64,000 bases of DNA from Bacteroidales bacterium (GTDB lineage: Bacteria > Bacteroidota > Bacteroidia > Bacteroidales > PUMT01), in NCBI GenBank assembly GCA_007134675.1, contig SLKJ01000087.1:1172-65171 (forward strand). The letters run 5' to 3'. How positions within the stretch are numbered: the first letter of the stretch is position 1; every line of letters begins with the position of its first letter. Position numbers and translations under genes: made by a program. Shown in pieces: positions 48,383-57,784 of this stretch. Under the pieces are notes generated by a model. That model did no database searches. It worked only from the letters and a program-made list of their open reading frames with translations, and had not been told where the DNA came from.

Positions 48383-49300
48383 TTATATCCCGGTTCGATT
48401 TCTTATTAAATCAATTATGCTTTTCAGATCATCAGGATGAAACCATTGTATTTCCTCGTCTTTTGACAACCAGGTCAGTTGTCTTTTTGCATATCTTCTG
48501 CTGTTTCGTTTAATCAGTTCCACTGCTTTATCAAAGGTGGTTTTGCCATCAAGATAATCAAAGAGTTCTTTGTAGCCAACAGTATTCAATGCGTTAAGAT
48601 GCCTGAAAGGGTAAAGGTTCTTTGCTTCCTCAAGCAATCCCTCTTCTATCATTTTATCAACCCGTGAATTGATTTTTTCATATAGTACCTTCCTATCCGT
48701 GTTAAGACCGATTTTAATAACAATAAAATTTCTTTCTGCTTTTTTCCCTGTGAGAAATGATGAATAGGGCTTACCAGTCATAAGGCTTATTTCCACAGCT
48801 TTTAAAATGCGATTTGGGTTTTTAAGATCCACAACCCTGTAATGTTCCGGATCCAGTTTTTTCAATTTGGATCTGAGCCAGTTAATTCCATGTGAACGGT
48901 ATTTTGCAGCCAGATCCTCACGTAGTTCATGGTCAACTTCAGGCAGATCATCAATCCCCCGGCAGACTGCATCCAGGTATAGTCCTGAACCGCCAGCCAT
49001 AAAAACAATCATTTCTTTTTCAAATAATTTTTCCAGAAGCTCCAGGCATTCTCTTTCAAACATACTGGCGTTATAGTAATCATGTATTGAAAGATTACCT
49101 ATGAAATAGTGTTTTGTTTGTTTTTGTTGATAAGGTGAAGGTACAGCAGTCCCAATATTCATCTCTCTGTACATCTGGCGGGAATCGACAGATATTACAG
49201 GAGAATTAAAGATAGTTGCAAGTTTTGTGCAGGTACTTGTTTTGCCGACTCCTGTCGGACCGGTAATTATAATAAGGTATGGCTGGTGTTTTTTTTGCAA
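48383..49300 (-). CDS. miaA: tRNA dimethylallyltransferase
   Basis: It has the P-loop IIITGPTGVGKTS and is IPPT-family throughout. The start is TTG. Confidence 0.9.
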   Translation of the reverse strand: MQKKHQPYLIIITGPTGVGKTSTCTKLATIFNSPVISVDSRQMYREMNIGTAVPSPYQQKQTKHYFIGNLSIHDYYNASMFERECLELLEKLFEKEMIVFMAGGSGLYLDAVCRGIDDLPEVDHELREDLAAKYRSHGINWLRSKLKKLDPEHYRVVDLKNPNRILKAVEISLMTGKPYSSFLTGKKAERNFIVIKIGLNTDRKVLYEKINSRVDKMIEEGLLEEAKNLYPFRHLNALNTVGYKELFDYLDGKTTFDKAVELIKRNSRRYAKRQLTWLSKDEEIQWFHPDDLKSIIDLIRNRTGI

Positions 49301-49321
49301 CTGACTGCTGAATAATAGATC

Positions 49322-49759
49322 TCACTTATCAGGAGTGTCTTTGTCCTCTATAACCAGTTGGTCAGGAGGGCTGCCACTGCCTGCTGTGCACTTTGGGTAT
49401 TTATTATTCTTTTCTTCAGGCCTGATGGATAAAAGCTCAATATAAAAAAAACGATCGGAGAAGAAATCAAAAACATAAAGAAGGCGTTGTTTCTCCTCAG
49501 AGATCAACTCGCACAACTGTGTATTATCCATTATTATCACAGGAGTGAAGGTGTCTTCTGTCATATCGAACAGATTTATTTCCAATCCTTTTTCCCATTT
49601 ATTATTGGCAAGAAAGAAAGAAGCCATCTGTTTGTTGTCATATCCAAGTTCTTCCTGAATTGCATTGTGAAAATCCCAAAAAGTCTGGTTGTCTTTTATT
49701 TCAAAATCTCTGAAAAATGGTTCTGTCCCAGTTCCAACAAGTCTGAACTTTAAGACCAT
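49322..49759 (-). CDS. pRiA4b ORF-3-like (PF07929-like) small protein
   Basis: The pattern FRDFEI..TFWDFHNAIQEELGY...YVFDFFSDRFFYIELL...YPKCTAGSGSPPDQ matches that family as I remember it. Confidence 0.5.
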   Translation of the reverse strand: MVLKFRLVGTGTEPFFRDFEIKDNQTFWDFHNAIQEELGYDNKQMASFFLANNKWEKGLEINLFDMTEDTFTPVIIMDNTQLCELISEEKQRLLYVFDFFSDRFFYIELLSIRPEEKNNKYPKCTAGSGSPPDQLVIEDKDTPDK

Positions 49760-49765
49760 AAGCTT

Positions 49766-50845
49766 TTATAGATTAAATAAAAATTTGAGAGTGTCAATAT
49801 TATCTGCATATTCATTCAGCCCGGGCTCCTGTGCTTTGCCAAATGGAACAATATTATCTTCCAGAGATTGCTTCCCAACCAGACACTGCAGTTTCTGGTT
49901 GTCTTTTTGGGCAATTCTCAGGGCAGATTCCGGGCTGTCTGCTTTTTCATAATTGATAACAGAAATGGGAGATGCCAGAGAGCTGTTTTCCCTGATTATC
50001 ATAAAACCTGTGTCCATATGAGGAATTTTTTCAATAAGATGAATAGCCCTCTGATATTCGTAATTGTTAGCCCATTGATTGTGGTTGATAATATGATTGT
50101 ATTTTTCAAATGTTTTCAGAAGAACTTCAAAATCATAATCCGGAGGAACAAAAATTTTTGAGACGCTTCTGCAACCCAGTCCGAAATACCTGAAAACGTC
50201 ATCTGCCAGCCCTTCCAGGTCTCTGGTTGTTTCTGTACCGTCAATTATGGCTGCCGAATTTCTGTTTTTCCTGATAATATTAGGATATTTCCCGAAATAA
50301 TATTCAAAATACCTGGCTGTATTATCACTACCGGTTGCAATTACAGCATCAAAATCTTTCAGCCTGCTATCTGTAAAATTGATCCTTCCATTGAGTTCAC
50401 TATTGATAGATGAAATAATTTCAGCAATCATCTTAAGCATCTGGTCATCCTTAACTGAAAGCTTGGCAAGAAGATTATGACCTGAAATCATAACGCTAAT
50501 CATGTCATGAAAGCCGACCATAGGTATGTTGCCTGGCATAACCACTGCAATAGTCTTTGGTACTGCAGGAGTTGGTGGTTCACCGTAACAGCTGAGCCAT
50601 GACACAAGAGATTCAGCTGTCAGTGACCTGCTTATAGTCCCCAATGCAAGACGAATATTATCTTCAGTAAACCAGGGATTATGAATATGGCTGCTTTGAA
50701 TGATTGATTCCATTGGCTGGAAGAACTGATCATTAAGCTCTTCCAGCCAAGGCTCCAAAGATTCTGTCTGCCCCCCCGTACTGCTGAACTGCTCAAGAAA
50801 TATACCAAGTTTCTCAAATGTCTTTATTTTATCTGTAAGCATCAT
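49766..50845 (-). CDS. LuxC-family acyl-CoA reductase-like protein
   Basis: It contains NPWFTEDNI, PGNIPMVGFHD, FDAVIATGSDNTARYFEYYF and YFGLGCRSVSK. Confidence 0.75.
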   Translation of the reverse strand: MMLTDKIKTFEKLGIFLEQFSSTGGQTESLEPWLEELNDQFFQPMESIIQSSHIHNPWFTEDNIRLALGTISRSLTAESLVSWLSCYGEPPTPAVPKTIAVVMPGNIPMVGFHDMISVMISGHNLLAKLSVKDDQMLKMIAEIISSINSELNGRINFTDSRLKDFDAVIATGSDNTARYFEYYFGKYPNIIRKNRNSAAIIDGTETTRDLEGLADDVFRYFGLGCRSVSKIFVPPDYDFEVLLKTFEKYNHIINHNQWANNYEYQRAIHLIEKIPHMDTGFMIIRENSSLASPISVINYEKADSPESALRIAQKDNQKLQCLVGKQSLEDNIVPFGKAQEPGLNEYADNIDTLKFLFNL

Positions 50846-50884
50846 ATAACTGGCAGTGCGAAGTCATTTCATTAATAATTCGGG

Positions 50885-51256
50885 TTAAAAGTTACTTAAA
50901 ATATCTTCCCATGGAAAGAAATGCATAAAGCCTGTTCCGATCGCAAGCCCGATTATACCGATAAGGAGGCCAGCGCCTGCCAGAATTGTCCCTATCAGTG
51001 CACATATCCATCCGGCATTCAGGTTTTTATAGGAGGATACCGAATAACGGTCAGGGTTCTCTTTGTAAAGTTTTTTGGATTTTGACCCGAGTATCAGTGC
51101 GATTACACCCAGAACCAATCCGATACCCCAGCAACACCAGAACAGTATTGAAAGAATACCCAGCACCAGAACTGCGGTTGCGTTGGGAACCGTTTCTTTG
51201 ACGATTGGTTCCGTATTTTCTTTGCTTCCTTCGGAGGGTTGAATTGTTTCACTCAT
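50885..51256 (-). CDS. CCC-motif / DUF4190-like small membrane protein
   Basis: It contains PNATAVLVLGILSILFWCCWG...LYKENPDRY..SYKNLNAGWICALIG. Confidence 0.7.
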   Translation of the reverse strand: MSETIQPSEGSKENTEPIVKETVPNATAVLVLGILSILFWCCWGIGLVLGVIALILGSKSKKLYKENPDRYSVSSYKNLNAGWICALIGTILAGAGLLIGIIGLAIGTGFMHFFPWEDILSNF

Positions 51257-51266
51257 AATTTAAAAT

Positions 51267-51569
51267 TTAAGGGGTTAATAAGTTATAAATATAATTTAAA
51301 ACCATGATAAGCGCATTGCAGATGAACAAAATTTTGATATAGAGCGCACCATTTCTTAACTTAAAAATAAGATGGATGATAAGGAGCAGTATAAGCAGGA
51401 TGCCTGGAAGGAGGGCAGGAAATATTGCAATTGACTCAAGGATGTTACCTTTAAGTAGTTCAATGAATGCCCTTTGCGTGCCACACCCGGGGCACTCAGC
51501 ACCCAGAAATTTTACATAGAGGCATGGCTGGGTAACAGATTCAAGCCAGCTAATAAATTTTTGTAGCAT
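51267..51569 (-). CDS. DUF2752 family membrane protein
   Basis: It has the CPGCGTQRAF motif. I chose the ATG at 51569; the ORF-track start at 51695 adds an implausible 42-aa extension. Confidence 0.65.
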   Translation of the reverse strand: MLQKFISWLESVTQPCLYVKFLGAECPGCGTQRAFIELLKGNILESIAIFPALLPGILLILLLIIHLIFKLRNGALYIKILFICNALIMVLNYIYNLLTP

Positions 51570-51756
51570 TACACTGTTTTTTACAACCGGAAAATTAGGT
51601 AATAATGTGAGAAAAAAAAAACCGTTATTATAAAGCATATAATCAACTATGAAAAGAAGAAAATGGACCGGTTGAAAATATAATATATTGAACAAATAAA
51701 TTAATTTTGTTGTCTTGAGTATGGATCCGGCACGGGTTTTAATTTAGATCTAAAGT

Positions 51757-53013
51757 ATGGGAAGTATTTTAAGGCTTGGATTGTTGTTCTGGGAGAATAT
51801 ACGTATCTCCACTCAGTCAATACTTTCAAGTAAGCTTCGGACAATTCTGACAGTATTCATTATTGCCTTTGGAATAATGGCTCTGGTTGGTATTCTCACC
51901 GCTATTGATGCTATAAAGGCCTCTATAAGTACCTCTTTTATGAGAATGGGAGCTAATACTTTTTTAATCGAGGGACGCAATATAACCAGAGTTGCCTCAG
52001 ACAGGCAACCTGTAAGGAATTATGCCTATATCAGTTACAGGGAGGCCAATACTTTTAAGGATGATTTCGAGTTTCCTGCCAATATTTCGGTTTTTACAAG
52101 AGCTTCCGGAAGTGCAGCAATCAGTCATGGCTCGACGAAAAGCAATCCTAATGTAACCGTTTTAGGAGCCGATGAGGAATATTTATTGACTGCCGGCTAT
52201 GAAATAGAGAGGGGCAGAAACTTTACCCGCAATGATATAGAGATGAACCGGCATCTCGCCATAGTTGGCAGGGAAGTCATCAACAATATTTTTGATGCTG
52301 GTGAGGACCCTCTTGATCAAATAATTTCGGTAGGAAGTGGTAATTACAGAATTATTGGAATACTGAAAGAAAAAGGGACTACATTTGGTGGTGGAGGAGA
52401 CAATATTTGCATCCTGCCGGTAACAAACGTCAGGCAATATTTTTCCCGTCCCAGGATGAATTACAGGATAAATGTTATGCCTTCAAGTAGTCAACTCTTA
52501 GAAATAGCAGTCAGTGAGGCAGAAGGGGTCTTCAGGCAGGTGCGGGGACTAAGGCCCGGTGACGAATCTGATTTCCGGATCACCAAGAGCGATAACCTCG
52601 CTAACATGGTAATTGAAAACCTTCGCTATGTTACAATCGCTGCCACACTAATTGGTATTATAACCCTTTTTGGAGCCGCTGTCGGACTTATGAACATAAT
52701 GCTTGTCTCTGTCACGGAGCGAACAAGGGAAATCGGGATCAGAAAAGCTATGGGTGCAAGGAGTTCCTATATAAAACACCAGTTTTTGTTTGAGGCTGTT
52801 ATTATAGGACAGCTTGGTGGTTTTGTCGGCATTATTCTGGGTATTTTGATTGGTAACCTGGTTTCTCTTATAACCGGGTCACCTTTTGTTGTTCCATGGA
52901 TATGGATCATTTCCGGGGTGCTGCTTTGCTTCATAGTCGGTCTGTCGTCCGGATATTTCCCGGCAGTCAAAGCTTCAAAGCTGGATCCCATTGTTGCACT
53001 CAGATATGAATAA
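51757..53013 (+). CDS. ABC transporter permease, MacB/FtsX family
   Basis: An N-terminal TM helix is followed by a MacB-like periplasmic domain and a C-terminal FtsX 3-TM domain ([14 protein letters not shown]). Confidence 0.88.
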   Translation: MGSILRLGLLFWENIRISTQSILSSKLRTILTVFIIAFGIMALVGILTAIDAIKASISTSFMRMGANTFLIEGRNITRVASDRQPVRNYAYISYREANTFKDDFEFPANISVFTRASGSAAISHGSTKSNPNVTVLGADEEYLLTAGYEIERGRNFTRNDIEMNRHLAIVGREVINNIFDAGEDPLDQIISVGSGNYRIIGILKEKGTTFGGGGDNICILPVTNVRQYFSRPRMNYRINVMPSSSQLLEIAVSEAEGVFRQVRGLRPGDESDFRITKSDNLANMVIENLRYVTIAATLIGIITLFGAAVGLMNIMLVSVTERTREIGIRKAMGARSSYIKHQFLFEAVIIGQLGGFVGIILGILIGNLVSLITGSPFVVPWIWIISGVLLCFIVGLSSGYFPAVKASKLDPIVALRYE

Positions 53014-53030
53014 AACAAAAATCAGTTCCT

Positions 53031-53417
53031 ATGAAACCGGAAATCCTGAGAATTGAAAAAGAACAGAAAACCCCTTTTATTGAGCTTGATCCCTTTGAGG
53101 GTGTATTGACGATTGAGGGTCGTTCAATACCTGAGGATCCTGAAGCTTTTTATAATAGTGTTTATATTAATATGCTTGAATACTACAAAGCTCCCCGGGA
53201 ACTCACTACCTTTAATTTTCAGTTTGAATATATTAACTCCGGATCTTCTAAATTCATACTGAAATTTTTCCTGCTTATAAAGCAACAGTATGATGCCGGA
53301 AATGACTGTGTAGTTAACTGGCGCTATGAAGAGGATGATGAGAATATCCTGGATCTGGGCAGGCATTATAAAAACACGTTTAAACTCCCATTTAAGTTTA
53401 TTGAAATCTACAGTTAG
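53031..53417 (+). CDS. DUF1987 (SiaC-like) protein
   Basis: It contains TPFIELDPFEGVLTIEGRSIPEDPEAFY...YINSGSSKF. Confidence 0.7.
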   Translation: MKPEILRIEKEQKTPFIELDPFEGVLTIEGRSIPEDPEAFYNSVYINMLEYYKAPRELTTFNFQFEYINSGSSKFILKFFLLIKQQYDAGNDCVVNWRYEEDDENILDLGRHYKNTFKLPFKFIEIYS

Positions 53418-53493
53418 CCCGGCAATTATTTTTACAGGCACCTTTGATTACACAGGATTATAAAAAATGTCACTGGCTGGATGCAAGACTAAT

Positions 53494-53527
53494 AAAAAAA
53501 GCTGCCTCCTTGAAGACAGCCTTTTTT
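53494..53527. terminator. Bidirectional terminator candidate between convergent genes
   Basis: An A7 run, an imperfect gctgcct/agacagc stem and a T6 run lie between the 53417 (+) and 53547 (-) gene ends. Confidence 0.55.
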
Positions 53528-53546
53528 ATTATCAGGGTGGGTCAGG

Positions 53547-54620
<1,074 letters not shown>

Positions 54621-54740
54621 CTAATACTCAAAATAGCATGCCACTGTTCCAATGACAGGTTATTGATTACATAAAAATGCAATGCGGGTACTGATAAATT
54701 TCCTGACAGATTGATCAGGCAGGACTAGAAAAGAAAGGCG

Positions 54741-54866
54741 TTAACTTTGCCGGTCATAATGCTCACTTTCATGTTGCGCGTAGGCCGGGCATTTTTGAAC
54801 TGAGCATGAGTTTAAGACACTTACTGCAAAAAAAGCAACTGCCAGTATAAAAAAAATTTTCTTCAT
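54741..54866 (-). CDS. Candidate 41-aa lipoprotein (below the ORF-track size cutoff)
   Basis: My translation is MKKIFFILAVAFFAVSVLNSCSVQKCPAYAQHESEHYDRQS*. This gives a classic signal peptide with a lipobox (LNS|C). Upstream on the minus strand, TTTG-N18-TATATTTA lies about 33 nt before the ATG. Confidence 0.4.
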   Translation of the reverse strand: MKKIFFILAVAFFAVSVLNSCSVQKCPAYAQHESEHYDRQS

Positions 54867-55076
54867 TTTTCAACAAAATTATTGGCTCTTTTACGGTATA
54901 AATATACAAGATTTATTTTTAAAACAAAATTCAAACATAAAACCTTTGATAGCTGGCTGAAAGTTATACCTTTTACGGCGGACCGGGTTTGAACTTTTTT
55001 GCTTTTTGCAGGTTAAGTATTTTTAACTATTTAGTAAGTGTAATCATAAATGCGAATTTTTAAAAAAAAAAGTTTT

Positions 55077-55952
55077 ATGAAGCTGGATGGTAAGAATGTT
55101 GTTATTACAGGTGCTACATCAGGAATAGGCAAAGAGGCAGCAATTGAAATTGCAAGAATGAAACCATGCCTGGTTTTACCGGTAAGAAATCTGGAAAAGG
55201 GAGAGCAGGTTAAGAAGCAGATTGTTGCTGAATCGGATAATCCTGCAGTTTACCTTATGAAGTGTGATCTGGCATCATTTGATTCTATTCGTAATTTTGC
55301 CCGGGAGTTTAAAAAGCAATTTAGCGGGTTACATCTGCTTATAAACAATGCAGGGATCTGGCAAAATAAAAAAAGCGAAACTAAAGATGGCATTGAAATG
55401 ACTTTCGGTGTTAATCACCTCGGACCTTTTCTGCTGACGAATTTGCTACTGGATGAAATAAGGAGTGGAGTCCCGGCTAGGATAATAAATGTTTCCTCCG
55501 AAGCTCACCGCTATACCGGTATGAATTTCAATGACCCTGAAGGCAAAAAAAAGTTCAGCACTTTTAAGGCGTATGGGCAATCAAAACTGGCCAATATATT
55601 ATTTACCAGATATCTTGCACAAATGCTCAGAGAAGATGGTGTTACTGTTAATTGCATGCATCCCGGATTTGTAGCAACAAATTTATTCGATAGAATAGCT
55701 CCTTTCCTGCGACCGGTCTTTGGATTGTTCATGAAGACTCCCCGACAGGGAGCAGAAACAATCGTTTTTCTTGCATTATCTCCCGGGGTTGAAGGGTCTA
55801 CCGGCGGTTACTATGTCAATAAAAAGAAGAAAAAACCATCAGGGGCTGCACTTGACAACAAGGCAGCAGAAAAGCTTTGGATGTTGAGCAGTCAGTACAC
55901 AGGTATGGAAGAAACCAGCTTAATTAATTTGCCATTTGAAAATCAGATCTGA
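55077..55952 (+). CDS. SDR family oxidoreductase (retinol dehydrogenase-like)
   Basis: It has TGATSGIGKEAA, NNAG and the YGQSK active site. An upstream in-frame ATG at 55050 is an alternative start. Confidence 0.88.
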   Translation: MKLDGKNVVITGATSGIGKEAAIEIARMKPCLVLPVRNLEKGEQVKKQIVAESDNPAVYLMKCDLASFDSIRNFAREFKKQFSGLHLLINNAGIWQNKKSETKDGIEMTFGVNHLGPFLLTNLLLDEIRSGVPARIINVSSEAHRYTGMNFNDPEGKKKFSTFKAYGQSKLANILFTRYLAQMLREDGVTVNCMHPGFVATNLFDRIAPFLRPVFGLFMKTPRQGAETIVFLALSPGVEGSTGGYYVNKKKKKPSGAALDNKAAEKLWMLSSQYTGMEETSLINLPFENQI

Positions 55953-56453
55953 ATGGATAAAAGAGGCGACCCGCGTTTATATAAAATTCTTTATGATCTT
56001 TATATTCCGTATGATTATTACGAGCATCCTCCCGTACCAACGGTCGAAGAAGCATCAAAATACTGGAAAGATATTGAATCGGCCCACTGCAAAAACCTTT
56101 TCTTTCGCAATCATAAAGGGAATCGCCATTATCTTGTAATATTTGAATATTCAATGTTGCTGAAAATCCGTGAGCTGGAGCAGAGACTCGGGCAGGGGAA
56201 GCTGACTTTTGCATCACCAAAAAGGTTGATGAGGTATCTCGGACTGGAGGCGGGATCAGTTTCTCCGTTCGGACTAATAAATGATAAGGGAAAGCATGTT
56301 CACCTTTTTATTGATGAGAACCTTCGGAGTTATGAAAGGATTAGTTTTCATCCAAACCTCAATACTGCTTCTGTGGTCATACCTTTCAAAGGTTTTGAGA
56401 AATTTCTTGATTGGACAGGCAACAGCTATGAGTATATCAGGCTTTATGATTGA
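55953..56453 (+). CDS. YbaK/ProX-type aminoacyl-tRNA deacylase domain protein
   Basis: It contains HCKNLFFRN and GSVSPFGLIND. Its ATG abuts the SDR stop codon (TGAATG). Confidence 0.65.
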   Translation: MDKRGDPRLYKILYDLYIPYDYYEHPPVPTVEEASKYWKDIESAHCKNLFFRNHKGNRHYLVIFEYSMLLKIRELEQRLGQGKLTFASPKRLMRYLGLEAGSVSPFGLINDKGKHVHLFIDENLRSYERISFHPNLNTASVVIPFKGFEKFLDWTGNSYEYIRLYD

Positions 56454-56563
56454 TTTTCAGAATACCGGGCAGCATGCCGGGCCAATTTCCCCGTAAGGGA
56501 ATATACCGTGTTATTATCCTGCAGGGAAAGGTGGAGGAGGACCGGTAGCCGGCCGGTTATTGG

Positions 56564-57784
56564 TTAAATGTATTCTATTAATACCTCTTTCAGGAATTTT
56601 TCCTCCAGTTTCCGCCCTATGCGTTTAAGGACTGTTCTTCTTATTTCCAGCTCTACAGGAAGGTTGGGATCCTGATGTGCTATATTGATCTTTGTGCCAA
56701 TTATAATCTTTATCTCATCACTCTCCAGGAGAAGCTTAACAATCTGATCGGCTGGTCCTTTGCCTAATACCCAATTATGAGTGTATTCATTGAGTATTTT
56801 TGAAACTTTGCTGAGTGTAAGAATGCCCTCAGTTACAAGGTCAACACCCTCCATATATGACATGGGCGGAAGATCAGGATCATGAAATTCAAATGTTTCT
56901 GTTATCTTAAGGTCCAGTTCCCTGGCGACTATATCGCCGGTAGTTCCTCCTGATAAAATCTTTTTTCCTGGAAAATCATCTACAATGGATGCGAGTCTGG
57001 CATCATTTTCATCTTCAAAGGGGGGACCGCTGCAAAGAAGGAGTTTTCTGGGTTCTCTGAAGTAAAAGACGGCGCAGGAGGTATCATCCTGGGCATTATA
57101 ATTGTCATTTCTGAAGGCTGCGTTAAGTATTCTTGACGAAAGATTTTGAGCTGAAATGTCAGGCTGTTGATCTATTATCTCTCTTACGAAACTCTTCACA
57201 TTTTCCCAACCCCATCCAAACGGATATTTCCTTGATCCCATACCGGACTGGGTTATGCCGTCTGAACAGAATATGATCCTGTCCTCCTTGCGGGGACGGA
57301 AGGAGCAGCTTTTTATCTCTTTACCTTTGTTCTGTTCTGAACTTAAAATAAGGCAGTTCCATTCGGCCTCGAGGGGATTGCTGCCGCGCATAAGTAATGT
57401 GCCCGGGTTATCATATTCCAGTATGCTGGTTCCAGAGTTCATATCAATATCTATGGCGGTAAATGTAGAGTAACTGATCTTACGGACACTGCAGACGGGG
57501 AGGGTGTTCATGATTATTTCTGCGATGCGGGATACATCCTTGTGCTCACGGGTAAAGTTCAATGCCATTGATGCTGTGAGGGTTGCCAGGATATTGGCTT
57601 TCACACCATGCCCCATTCCGTCTGAAAGGACTGCCACAATTCTATTCTCTTCCTTGATTCTGCGTGATAGGAATACATCGCCGCAGATCCTCTCTTTTCC
57701 GTGATTTTTTTGCTGATAACCAACTTCAACATAAAAACTATTCTCCATCGTCCCCTGGTTTTTCCGGCATTTTGTAAGATTCAA
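56564..57784 (-). CDS. SpoIIE/PP2C-family protein phosphatase with an uncharacterised C-terminal domain of about 170 aa
   Basis: It contains ICGDVF...AVLSDGMGHGVKANILA and FCSDGI. The TTG start at 57784 overlaps hydS by 47 nt; an alternative ATG at 57748 would overlap by 11 nt. Confidence 0.82.
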   Translation of the reverse strand: MNLTKCRKNQGTMENSFYVEVGYQQKNHGKERICGDVFLSRRIKEENRIVAVLSDGMGHGVKANILATLTASMALNFTREHKDVSRIAEIIMNTLPVCSVRKISYSTFTAIDIDMNSGTSILEYDNPGTLLMRGSNPLEAEWNCLILSSEQNKGKEIKSCSFRPRKEDRIIFCSDGITQSGMGSRKYPFGWGWENVKSFVREIIDQQPDISAQNLSSRILNAAFRNDNYNAQDDTSCAVFYFREPRKLLLCSGPPFEDENDARLASIVDDFPGKKILSGGTTGDIVARELDLKITETFEFHDPDLPPMSYMEGVDLVTEGILTLSKVSKILNEYTHNWVLGKGPADQIVKLLLESDEIKIIIGTKINIAHQDPNLPVELEIRRTVLKRIGRKLEEKFLKEVLIEYI

